The notes under the pieces are model-generated. The model was not told the origin of the DNA. It searched no databases and saw only the letters and a program-made list of their open reading frames with translations. A stretch of 64,000 bases of DNA from Ascidiella aspersa (taxonomy: Eukaryota), in the NCBI GenBank assembly GCA_963924565.1, contig OZ004607.1, forward strand, positions 29,512,001 through 29,576,000, read 5' to 3'. Position 1 is the stretch's first letter. Each line of letters begins with the position of its first letter. The position numbers and the translations under genes were made by a program. Below are positions 50,041-62,595 of the stretch, piece by piece.

Positions 50041-51554
50041 GGCTAGAGTGTCACGTTTTTACCACGTTTCTTGAACAAAATTACGGAATCTATTCTTGCT
50101 CAGATCTTTTTCCTTGTCCTGCAGTGTGAATAATAATCGCAAAAATATAACTTTTGCGGTTAACCAAGCAACCAAGGCGGCTCTTGGTCTCTTAATGCCT
50201 GGCCACCCCTGGTTTGGTGTAAATGATACTGCCAGGCATAATATTAATTGATAAAGCTCTTCTGGCCTTTGTAGTTCCAACGTTTCGCGTACAGGTCGCC
50301 TTCTTTGAAGTTAACAACGCTGTACTAAATAATAGTATAATATTGGACTGGAAGTACAAGAGCCAGAATAGCTTTTTTAAGTGGTTGTTTCTAGCGAATC
50401 ACTCTTTAGCGGCTCCACCTGGAAGAAATAGTTTTTACAGCTATGCGATAGGGGGCGGTCGAGATATTACTGGAGAAAACAATGCGAAGCCAAATTGAAT
50501 CATCTCATTCTCTAATCAACACGTAAAGTTGCAGTGACGCGCAATGTTATATATTGATATCGTTTGTTCTCGCAAAGCGCTGTTTACCAGGCAAGCCATA
50601 CAAGTGCTTGGCGCACTGCGCCTGGCTTGCTATTCATAGGGCACCAGAAGGACTGCTTTTTGACAGCAGACGCACTTTGACTGTTTATTTACGTCGCGCG
50701 CGGCCTTTTAACAATCAAAACTGGCATGGCCTGTTTCCGAAACTTACACAAACAAATAAAGCGCAAACCACACGGCAAAAGTTTACGCCGTACAAGAGAT
50801 TGCAAATCTTTTAAGTGTTAAAGTATCAAGTTACATTTTCTGCCCAATGACTATTTCTATCAAGAATTCGGTTACATTTATGCTTTTTGTAACAGCTCAT
50901 GATAATTATGACGCAAAAAGTGAAAACTTTCACTTCCAAATGTTTTACGTTGCTATTATGTAAAATGTACAATGCCTTTTCTCCAAAAAATGTATTAACT
51001 TTAATAAGACAATTTTGCCTATTGTTTGCTATGGAATAATTCTACTCAAAAACGTCAAGACGGGGCCACTTCCTTGCTGAAAATGATCTACTTCGCATTT
51101 TTAACGCTTAACAAAAATCCCTTGTTATATTGACCAGACGTCATCAGGTTTCGGTATCAAAAATATCCAGTATTACCCGAGGGAATTTAGACTTGCTATT
51201 AAAACTGTAATTAAGTTATTTATCATGCCTTATATGAGCACCAATCCGTTTCGTTCTTCCCCGTGTATTTTCTTACAACCAAGGTATAGCGCGTCCGGTT
51301 ATCGCTTAAAAACGATGACGTCTGGTAAAGTGACGCATATAATGTTTCCCGCTCGTAGTCATCAGCAAGCTATAGTGCCTATACTATGCCCGGAAAGCTA
51401 AGACTAGATCAGTGTTTCAGGCTCCAACTTAAAGAGTTTCACGATTGTGAGAGGCTTTATTTGGATCTATAGTTGGCTATAGATAATCTGGACGTTCAAC
51501 AGGACGTCGATTTTAGCTAGTTTTTAAGAGAACGAACTTTTTACAGACAACGTC

Positions 51555-51648
51555 ATGGAACTAACGTTTACCTTTGCAATTCTGCTGGCGTTTATTAATT
51601 TCAGTCACGGACAAACTCAGACGACGCAAATTCCAACTACAACCAGTA
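51555..51648 (+). CDS. EGF/Sushi gene exon 1 (signal peptide, Thr-rich)
   Basis: Acceptor tttttacag 9 nt before the ATG; donor a|gtaagt, phase 1. Confidence 0.82.
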
Positions 51649-54600
51649 GTAAGTACTCAATGGTTGATGAAAATCAATCCAAAATATTTTTACTTACAAT
51701 ACTTAGAATAGTCGTTAGGCGAGGATAGCCATGCAGCAATGACAGAGATTGATTGTGAAATTCGGCTACCAATATAAATAAGGGCGCTTTAAAAGAATTC
51801 TTGGTAATTACCTGATCATACCAAGTCTTTCGTGCAATTTGTTGAAGATTGTTTGTCGCTATAGTTATATCAAATAGTTTTGCCCGATCGAATTTGTTAT
51901 GGTCTTTTGAATATTGTGCGATTGCAGTTGCATGATGTCAAAACGGTAAACCCGTGACTAAGTGATTCATACAAGCCATTGATTACCCTGAGCGTATCAA
52001 AACAAACTACTTACGCACGGTTTATATACACACTACAGTTAACAGCGACCACTTAGATGGGCTCTTGATTTTATTCTGCATACAGCGCACGGCCACCATT
52101 ATGTCCCAATATTAGGCTTACTTTAGGGACGCCAACTCGTTTTCATAAAGGGCCTCAAAATTAAGTGTACTGCTGATTTGCAGGACATAGTTATAGATTG
52201 TTTTGTCGAATATATTTGACCAGAATATTGTTAAAGAAACAAAACATTATAAAGTTACTTTCTAAAAATAAATCAACAGTATTTTCGCTTTTTAAGCTAA
52301 GTCTTGGCCTGTCTAGTTTGAAGTTTAAATTGTCTATACGACTGGGTAGTGTAAATCGTCGGCAAATCCAACAGGGAATGACATCAGAGACACTCTCGCT
52401 TTTTGTTTAAACTTTGCTTTTGAAACAAACTTAGATATGACGTAGTTGTGACGCAAACCTTGTACTCCGCGCAGCGCGTCCGCACTTGTGCCAGAACGGC
52501 GGGACGTGTAAAGCCTACAATGCAACCGGTTACTGCACCTGCAACTGCCCCATGGCCTACTCGGGCGACCAGTGCCAACTTGTACTCACCCAGGTGATCG
52601 GCAGCGTCGCCTACTCGCGTCCAGCCAACTCGACCAGCCAACCCGTCAATGGTACGGCGGTACAGGAACTGGTAAGGACACTATACAACACATGCATGCC
52701 GGCTAAATATGGGTTACGTGCTCACTTTGAGGATGCAAAGCATCATTGCATGAGCTTTTGTGGCAGAATAATCTTTGAAACTGATTTTCCGGCTTTGTCT
52801 AGAATTGTTTAGCCCCTAGTGATTATATGCATATGTTGTGTCTATTCCAAGGGTATAGCCAAACCATGCCGCTTTCACCAATAGTGTCGCATTGCACGAT
52901 AACAAGTATAGGAATCTAAGAAAAGATAGAAGTGAGTTTTACCTAATTAATTGTAATGCAAAACATATCAATAACTGACATCTGGAAGTTTGTGTTGCAT
53001 TTTAACAAAAAGGGAAAAAACATAGAAGACAAAAGGTTGACCAGCTATGGTCTATAGCAGCGCTTCTTTGTTTTGAAATTCTTACTTGTTCATTGAACAG
53101 TTTGAACGCCCGGAATATTTTCCACACTCGCAAACTGTCATCCATTTCTGACGGTTCACCCTTATTCACCCTTTTGGGTGGTTCACCCCTGCAAAAATTT
53201 TATTCACCCTGAGGTGCATTTACCTGATTAAGAAACACTGGTCTATAGTACCACAGAAAGAAATCGTTTCATAATGAGTCGACGAAAAACATCAACAGAG
53301 CCGCCTTTAGGAATCTAAATAAATCTCGATGCACTGTACTGTATACTATGTGTATACTGTAATACACCTAAATAACTGCTATTAAAGCAAGCGTTTAACA
53401 AATACGTTAGTTACAGATACACTGGTTTGTGTAATCATTGCCATTTTTACGTTGGTCAGTAATTGTATAGCCAGTGAAACTGGGAAACGTCACGGAAGCC
53501 TTTAAGTTGACTAATCCATATAGGCGAAGAAACAATAGACTTTAGTCGGATTTTTTTTTCATTGAATATCGTAACACTGGCCAGGCGTGCGACTCTTTAC
53601 AATGTGCGTTCTTCTAAATTTCAGTTGGAAAAGTCGCGATCCAAACGGAGATAAACGCGAAATAATATTGATTTGAGTGTTTCCCAAGTGAGGTGCAAAT
53701 AACGTACACACCGAATAACTTCCTTGTACGTGTTTGCCGTACGTGTAGTACCATATTATGTTTTTATACTTTGACCTGATGAAGCACAGTTGTGCGAAAG
53801 CTTGTCGAGAATCCAATACAATTTGTCTTTATACAGTACCACCTGATTCCTTTATTTATAATTAGACAAATACGGCCATATGCAAAGATTACCAAATTAA
53901 ATTACATTCAGCAGACATGCAATAAATACTATATTAACGAATTTAGAGGTAGTATATACATCGAACTTGTTAGAATCTTTCGTGCATCACATATAGTTGA
54001 CGTCAGAATTTACTTTTGTTCTGTAACCGGAAAACATGCAACGTCCTAGCCTGATCTAAAGCAAGAAGCCAGTGTTTGACTAATATTGTCAAATCCGGTT
54101 TTGACGCCAACTCAATATAACTTTACGAGCCCGTTAACACAAACCGGACTTACGTTGGTACGCGCCTGTTATAGGATACATAGTTTTCCTGTATGGGTTG
54201 AGTGTTCCTGGGGCTGGGCGGATGAGTCTCTAAACATGATAAATAAACGTACAATCCATAAAATGAGGTTGGTTTGTCATGTGAACAAGCAATTCTGTCA
54301 AGCTTTGCAGAAATTGTAACGTTATGATAACGCGTTTTTTTTCTGTGCCGTACTGTTGTTTTAGTTTTTTGTTTCGTTATTTTCTGGCAAAACTTGTAGT
54401 TAGGGGGCGGTTCCAAATTGCCATTAAATCGATGAATCATTATTCTAAATACATAGCCTTAAAGGGACTTTTTTGTCGTACAATGGAACTTTTCTGTTGT
54501 TTATTTTTGTATTTAGACGCTTTGTGAAACTTGAAACAATACGATTGCCAAACTTTTCCGACCATTTATAATTGTTTAACGTTGGATTCAGCTGACTAAA

Positions 54601-57600
54601 ATAATTTATCGATTGCGTTGTTCGCCAGTTAAGCTTATATATAGGTACAGGAGTTCTTTATAAACTTACCACTTTGCCATTCCATATACTATTTTTATTG
54701 CAAATAATGATAGTCGTTTCGTTTGTCAGTAAGCGGTCGAAACTTCGTTAAAGCGGCCTCGTTGTCCCGGAAGAATGATGTAAACTCCGTGGGACGTGGA
54801 ATGATGTGTCTCTTTGTGCTAACTATAGGATACCTGTTCGTTTATAGCGCTGCAAATAATTCATTGCGCGTTTATGTTTGTGCTATGAAGCGCATTTACC
54901 ACCTATAAAGTATAGATAGACGAAAGCCAAACAGGAATATTAGTAACCGGGAAAGTCGTACAAATGTGTAAACCAGTAAAAAAAAATTGAAATACCTAAC
55001 GTTACGGCATGAGCAGTAACAACCAAACTTTACACATTCGCATTAAGTTTGTGGAGAACAGTACAGAAGACATTGTAAACCCAGGTCACAGGGTCATACC
55101 TTTAAATCAGTGGATATCAACCGGGGTGCCGCAGCACCTGGGGTGTCATTTATAATGCATAAGGGTAGCGCGACATAATTGGCAATCTTCAAGAATCTGA
55201 TTTTTGTTCAACTCTTACAACTTTTTGTGTATGATTAAAGTGGAATAAATCCAATTATACCTTCCTTTGTGTAGAGTTGATATGTGTAGTTCCAGGTCCG
55301 TGTATTGTGACATTATAGTGAATTACCTGCGGAAAAAGGGGTGCCGCAATCTACTTATTTTTTCTTAAGCGTGCCGCTAGCCATAAAAGATTGAGAAATA
55401 CTGCTTAAAATAAATATCTTAAATAAACACTTGTATTTTCTTTAGATCGTGAGCTCCCTGACCCCCTCGCTCACGAACGTGAGAGTCGAGGCGATGCCCG
55501 GCGGCAGCACGAACGTCAACATACAATTGAAAATCTACTTCGAACGGCCGTCGGTCTGGAAGAGCTTCGCCGACTGGTTGCCGTTTGAGGCTCGGGTAAG
55601 CTCCGATCTGCAACTTCCGGCTTCCATGGAGAACATCTTTGGCAACGCCAATGTGGCCACCTTTCGCAGTTTGCAGCTGGGTGAGTTTGGGCTCGTTGCT
55701 TCTTCGTTTTTTTTTCATGGATTGCTACCAACATCCAGCAATGCGAAACATGTGACACTTAATAAGTTGAAATAACATTATTAACATTTGTATTAACATT
55801 GGGGTACATGTTTTCGTTTTATTTTGATCGTTGTTTTATTATCGAGGAGTCGCTTGACTTTCATTTATCCATGGGTTTGCACTTGTTTAAAGAGACTGCG
55901 TGAACAAGGTTCTGTGGTGAATTTGGGACGGGCGACTTTGGTACATTTTCGTCAACAGAATAATTTGTAAAATACCCATTGTTCAACGAAGCATGCCTGC
56001 TTGTTTACCGCCAAATAAGTTTAATGTTCACGGTAAAAATATTTATATAAGCAAACTATATAGTACATATAGTTACAGGGTTACCACCCATCGTAAACGC
56101 TACTATTATTGAGTGTACTGTTGCTTCCAGGCATTGTTTCAATTCTTTTCGTTTTTCGCGCCTCTTGGTTTAGAACGTGGTCCATTGTTACTTTCCTTAT
56201 TGTTTGTCTGGAATATATATATTTTTTCGCCTATAGTTGCAATTATATTGCACTAAAGAAGATTGCCCGATTAGGTGGAGGAAACGTTGGTACTTTGCCG
56301 GACGAACAATTTTACAATGCTTTATGATTATTGTTGCTATTATTTTTAATTTGCAACGCCAAGAGACGAACCCCTAACAAAACGTTTAAAGATATTGGCG
56401 CTGTAGTTTATATTTCACGATGGTGCTAGTTATGAGATGTGCTATAGTTATGAGAGCAGGGTATAACACCGAAGTCAAATTTGTAAAATGTTTGGCCTTA
56501 TAAGTTTAATAATTCTAATGTGTCGTTTTGACTGAAATATAGCCTTTATTTTTACCCACCAGACGTGCAGGAATGTTACTCAATGTGGCACACCTGCGAT
56601 GCCAACGCCACCTGCTTCAACACCCAGCCGGGGTTTCGTTGCGTGTGCGAGCGAGGCTACAGTGGCAACGGCACCATCTGCACAGGTAGGTCAGCACGCT
56701 ACATGGGTGCGCAACGCAAGCCCCTAACAAACCACCAGGAAATTAAACAGTCGAGCGAGCGTCGCTGGCTCATCGTCGCATTTTGATGAATCGGCCTCGA
56801 CGGGCTTCTCCGGCGAACGCACGCAAAGTCGAAACGTGCCACAGTCTATTGCTGTTTGCGCCAGTTCAAACTTCCTCGAACGGCCAATTTTAACGCGGAT
56901 TACGCACATAAAATAACAGTTTACGCGCGCTGGTTGTTTACATTCGACCATAGCCCTGGTGGTTTTTGTCACTGCAAACCTAACGCTACAGTTAAAAGCC
57001 GTCGCTCGCATAACAAAACATTTTGAGTTAGATATTATTTTTGTTAGGTTTTTAAGAAGAGTAATTTTCGTTAGTTTACAAAGTGTTTAGGCAGAAATTA
57101 TTAATATGGACAAAGAGTTGTTTTCAAACATTAAACAAAAACTACTTATTTGCTCGTACATTATTATTTTGACGTTGGGGTTAATAGTTATTTAGATTCA
57201 GTTTGAGCTTATCCTATCAAGTGAGGGGAGGGGTAGATTCTTGTAAAATCTGTCAACCTAAGTACTTATTTAAAAGTCTAAAAAAGTGCAAAATCATTTA
57301 AAAATCTTTAAAAAAACATTAGACTGATAGTTTAAATGTCCTGATATTACATATTTCCGTTTATTAGTCCAGGTTCATTTTCGTCTTTTAGACTGTGGGG
57401 TATTTGCAATTATAATTCCTTAGAAATGCGTCTTAACATTGAACTTCTTTCTCTCTCGTTGTGAAACTGAAATAAATGCTCCTGAAAATCTAACCCATCT
57501 GTATTACAAGCTAGCAGCTCCGTGGATCAAACCTGTTTAGGGAGAAGCTGCGCTCTGGTTGCGCAAGGAGAATAACAATATAATAATAAAACAAACGAAC

Positions 57601-60163
57601 TGCTGCGATCCGGGTTCAAACTCGCATATGACTTCCGCAGCGATCGAGTGCCAGCTGAGCCGGGTTCCAGCCACCCCTTCGTTCGCCACCCGCCAGGTTT
57701 TTGCCGACAACGGAACCGAGCTGACCGATCCCCCTGCCACCCTCAGCTTTGGGGCCCTGGTCGAATTTACTTGCCCCAGGTAAGTGGGTAATAATTTATT
57801 GGGGTATGGTATAAAACAAATCGAAAAATTAAACATGTATGTTAAAGACGTTATGTGCGTTGAGTTGTTTACAGGGACAGGGTAGGCCAGCTATTAACCT
57901 TTTGTAGGCCCCCCCAGCCTAGGAGTACAATAATAAAGATTTGACATTCCCAATTTTATTACCAATTGTGCATTGTTTTAAACGGTTTCTTGAATGCAAT
58001 ATTTGACACACACACGTTAATTAAATCTGGGCACATGAATGACTATACTTGGATACAGAATCAAATTTAAACGTGATCTTGTTTTGGGGAGCGACTCATG
58101 GGTTAAGAGGAGCATTCCAATGTGGCCCATTGTCATAAAGGACTACAAAATATAAACGAAACGAAAAAATCTATTCGAAACGCTTAAGTTTACACACTCC
58201 TTTTGTCAAATGTTAATCGATCGGTTAAAATAACTAACTATTTTATGAGTGTGACATCATAGGCACATGAGTGGTGAATAAGCATGACAGCAAACGGCTG
58301 GTGCGTGGGCATTGTTATTAACAGCACTATTGACCTCGTTTGATCTCTTTGTTAACACAATAGCCTTGCTGCCGCTGGGACGACAGAAGTCAGCGCCATA
58401 TTAGGTATAGACGCACTCCAAAGCTATCAACCCGGCAAACGCTATTTAAAGACTGTATCTGGTGAAATCGATGCCAGACTTATACATGATCTTGATTTAC
58501 ACGCACTCCCGAGGGAATACTAACATTGAGTCTTGTAACATCGCCATTCAATACTGACTGTTCAAAACAACAGGACAACGGGAGATTACGAGGCGTTGCC
58601 TAATGAACATCTTTTAGCTATGTTTGTAGACATAGGAAGAAACCTACTTTACTTTTATGCGCACGTATTTCTGAGTATTTCTATTTTATGCATTGGGAAA
58701 ATATTGCAGATTTTCTTTTTGATAACTGAAGAAAGTGATCACTAAGATTTCAAATCAACTGCAGGGGAATATATTGGCATCGCACAAATTTGCAAATATT
58801 GCTTGCCTACCGTTGCTGCAAGCCATTGTATCAATTACAAAATTGTTGTTCCGTCAAAATATTTTTATTATTAAACTTACCGACGTTTCGACAACCTCTA
58901 AAAGAAATCTTCATCGGGCCAATGACCTTGCAACTGGGACAAAAAGCTATATAGCTGCCAAACAAAAAGAAAAACATAATGAAACACGGTTTACAAGACG
59001 AGAAAAAAATTTAGATGAAGCCCGATAACAGGGCAATGCGATAATCTAACTAAGATTGCTTGTTTCGTGTGTCAATTTCCATATTTCTTTGTTAAATGTC
59101 AGGCACTACATTTTGGCTGACTCTGTCACGGGAGATGCCGACCCTGTTGTTGTCCAATGTGGGGGAACCCCCAAGTACGCCGGCTCAAACTGGTCGGGAG
59201 CCAGTGTTACGTGCAACATTGGTGAGTTGCGTTCAACAATATTCATATCTATATTAAATAGCAAATCCTGTGTTAACTATAAAAAGATTTTTATATTATC
59301 TGATAAGACAACGCTTTTTGGCACCCCTTTCAAATCACCAACCAATTTTTGCACCCACTTCTAGATGTGCTTAAATAACAAAACCATTGTAATTTTATTT
59401 TTATACGAGTAAATAAAAACATAGTAACGAAATACTAAAATACGAGTTGGTTTAACATTTAACTAAACGAAGAAATGCATTAAATACGTTTTCTGTATTT
59501 GTTTCAACGTCCCCGCACCCCCTCGGAACAGTTTTCGCATCTACAAGGGGTGCGGTCACTCCTGGTTAAGAAACCCTGGTATTTAGTGCAACAATTGTTT
59601 TGAATTTTATGTAACTAAATGGATAAAGGCTTTTGCATTGTCATACATTGAGAAGTAGGCCTAACATTAGGCGACGTAACTTTGCACAATACTTATCTGT
59701 TGTATAGCAAACGTCGAATGAATAGCAGATTCTAACGGGCACGAGTTGTATTTCTGTTGCAATAAATTTAATTCGATTTTCGAAATAAATGACAAGTAAT
59801 AATTTTAAACTGCTATTAAAGATTTTAAGCCGTAAAATCGATAGAATCGTCATATTGTTTTTGACAAAGATGTTTGTCATACATCATAACCGTAGCCGTT
59901 TCAATGTTATTAATGTCGTAAATAAACTTTACCTGCACCTGAATCCGCTAAAACGCTTTCTTGAAGACACGAGCCTGAAGATCGCGGTCGTGGTCTCGGT
60001 GATCAGCATCCTCATCATCATCGCAGTGTCCGGAGCCTTCCTCGTCAACTACTGCGTGAAGCGGGAGCGGCGCGCCAAGGAGGATAGGAGACTCCGGGAG
60101 GAGGAGCTGGGCGGAGTGGAGGAGGCAGCTTTCGACAACCGATCCTTCGACTTTGAGCAGTGA
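51555..60163 (+). CDS. Type I membrane protein: signal peptide - EGF - SEA-like - calcium-binding EGF - Sushi/CCP - TM - short tail, 367 aa
   Basis: Exons 51555-51648, 52475-52671, 55446-55680, 56563-56685, 57641-57779, 59103-59221, 59967-60163; phases 1,0,1,1,2,1. Motifs MELTFTFAILLAFINFSHG; CQNGGTC...CPMAYSGDQC; DVQEC...CFNTQPGFRCVCERGYSGNGTIC; C...FGALVEFTCPRHY...C...WSGASVTC; TM IAVVVSVISILIIIAVSGAFLV. Confidence 0.88.
52475..52671 (+). CDS. EGF/Sushi gene exon 2 (EGF)
   Basis: gcgcag|..RPHLCQNGGTC...VQEL|gtaagg. Confidence 0.9.
53058..53240 (+). mobile_element. hAT MITE family D
   Basis: TIRs cagcgcttctt / aagaaacactg; perfect 8-bp TSD gtctatag. Confidence 0.85.
55108..55403 (+). mobile_element. 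hAT MITE family B, copy 2
   Basis: cagtggatatcaacc...gattgagaaatactg; TSD ctttaaat / cttaaaat; body similar to the 38436 copy. Confidence 0.85.
55446..55680 (+). CDS. EGF/Sushi gene exon 3 (SEA-like)
   Basis: tctttag|IVSSLTPSL...PGGSTNVNIQLKIYF...SLQL|gtgagt. Confidence 0.88.
56563..56685 (+). CDS. EGF/Sushi gene exon 4 (cbEGF)
   Basis: Phase 1-1, 123-nt exon, DVQECYSMWHTCDANATCFNT... Confidence 0.93.
57641..57779 (+). CDS. EGF/Sushi gene exon 5 (Sushi N-half)
   Basis: ccgcag|IECQLSRVP...FGALVEFTCP(R)|gtaagt. Confidence 0.88.
59103..59221 (+). CDS. EGF/Sushi gene exon 6 (Sushi C-half)
   Basis: tgtcag|HYILADSV...QCGG...NWSGASVTCNI|gtgagt. Confidence 0.88.
59310..59578 (+). mobile_element. 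decayed hAT MITE fragment
   Basis: Right end ggttaagaaaccctg with gcacccc subterminal motifs; left end unclear. Confidence 0.45.
59967..60163 (+). CDS. EGF/Sushi gene exon 7 (TM and tail)
   Basis: TSLKIAVVVSVISILIIIAVSGAFLVNYCVKRERR...AFDNRSFDFEQ*. Confidence 0.88.
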
Positions 60164-62595
60164 CGTAAAGGAAGAAGATTGATGTGATGAGGAGGATTAT
60201 GACGCGCGGGCGAGCGGGGACTTGCGCTTCCCGAAGCGAGGCTATGGAGCGAAGATGTACTAGAACAATAGTTCTCCACTTTGTTTAAAAAAGGCCTTAA
60301 AAGATTTTAATTATAGCTGTTCAAACTTTAGGGTTATGACATATATCCAAATATTGGATATTCAACACTAGGAAGGTCTAACAATTTCTGGAGAAAAAAA
60401 ATAACATCATTACCAATTATATGGATGAAATCTACTTTTTGCTTTTAGGGTTTAAAGACGAATCGTTTTTACAATTACCGCCAAAATTGTTTTAAATTAA
60501 TCATTTTGCCTTGATTTATAGTTTGTATAAAATGGATTAGACACAATTTTGTCTTTGTCATGAAAAATTATTCTTACTGAGGAAAAAAAGCGTCAATTCT
60601 TTGCTAGTACAACAGGTGAAACTTTTATATTTGTTAAACCATGTCAAGAACAAAAAAATAATCTTACTTAACACTTTGTTATTCCAGCTTCGATGTGATC
60701 TTTAATCTCGTCTTGCGTAAAACAAATTGTTTATTAATAGGCGTGTAATGCATCTATTGTAATGCTACCAAAAATTTTAAAAAATATCAAACGAACTAAC
60801 ATATTTTAGGACTTTCATATGTTTTTGGCATTTGACTTTTGCTTACATTAGCAAAAAAGATATATTGTTGTTTTGGTATCTCGGGCTTGTAGACAGGTTT
60901 ATTCAATTCATTAAAAACGAATGTAAAGAGACTGATTAAATTAACCCCTTCTTTGTTAATCGAAATTATAGTAAAAAAAACAATCAATATATATTCAATA
61001 ATTTTAAATAAAATCCCAACATTTATCCTTAATAATAGAATTTAGATTGCTAGACCGAAAGACACTATTTTTTTGTTTACTAAGGAAACTGTTTCGCCTT
61101 CTATAGAGTGTGATGTATTGTAATGGCTTTTGTTAAGGAAATAGTGACAGCATTGGCAGTTAACCGTGTTTGGTTTTAACATGTTACAAATGAACACAAG
61201 CTTACCTCAAACACATATGAAACTATTGCAAACATTGTAAAAGTGTATATCATGTTCTTATTGTGTTTAACCTTATCAAATGTGCTTAAATTTCTATAAA
61301 TCTTAAAGCCAACGACCAAAAAATAACATGTTAAACGTCAATTGCTGATCTTCAAATTCAATCATTGTACTGTGTCCTAAAACCATCTTTTCTATAAACA
61401 CATTTTATTGCCACGTTTTGGTGATTTCAACTTTGCTTAATATTTCTCTGATAAAATCTAGTGTTCGCCAATAACTACTATTGCACTGTTGCGTTTTGTG
61501 TTTTATTGACTAATATGATATATCGTTGTCACCACGTCACCGGTTCGATTAATATGCACACAAAATAAAATGCCATGTTCTATGCACAACACAAAATTCC
61601 ACCGTAACTCGATTTGATATTGACCAACAAACACTTAACATTCAACACTTAGATTTAGAAATGATCGAAAACACAACCACGGAATGACAGAGGTTTATAC
61701 GGTTCGGCATCCAGATAAATACTTTGCCACCCGGAAAACAACACAACGGACAAGTTAGACGACGAAAAATGAAGCGCGTTCGTAGCGTCTCTGCTTTGCT
61801 GATTTGATCGGCAGGCTGAGCAACGTCATTTTGCAACAAAACCAGCTACGTTACGCGTATTGCACATTGGATATAGACAGAAAACGGCACCGCTCCGTCG
61901 CGTTTGTATACAGCTTTGCTAACTTCCTTCGCAAATATGTACAAGGCTGGCACACTGTTTTTGGCAGCGATTCTAAGTAAGTGGCGGCGAACTGATAAAG
62001 CCATAAGACATTTAAGTACACATGTGAAAAAGTGCAACTCTCCAATCCTCATACCGATTAGAATGCGATTATGTACACACACATATAATGAAAAGCGAAA
62101 CATTGGCGCGCTGCGAAAAATCGCTCACTTGAAAATTAGGACCATTTCGAACGGAACACTCTTCTAGGATAAATACTGCGGGTAAATTTACCGAATTTTT
62201 TTAGATATATGGATACCTCACGTAATTTGGTAAAAAATGAGAAAACTCAGAGCAAATTATGCCCTAGTTTTATCAGGCTTGATTATCATGACCAATTGGA
62301 CTTGTATATAAAAAGATTGAAATAAAAGTTAAAACGATTTGTACTAGTGCTTGTTTTATGACGGTAAAGTTTCGTTTTTCAAAGGATATTTAACGTCAGG
62401 CAAAATGGCGACCAATTTAAACGTGTCCACGACATTTTTAAAGGGGATTTTTTAAAGGTTATAAGGACTACTCTATTGTAAAATATTTCTAATACACGCA
62501 AATAAAACGACGCATTTTCGGCTAGACCTTTTGAATTTTAACATATAAACAAGTTCATTTGAAATTATGCAACTATTTCTGTTTCCTTTTCGCAA

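Noticed and set aside
54086-54160. Possible extra Thr/Pro-rich exon of the receptor
   Set aside because: In-frame stop immediately upstream with no usable acceptor; exons 2 and 3 already join in phase
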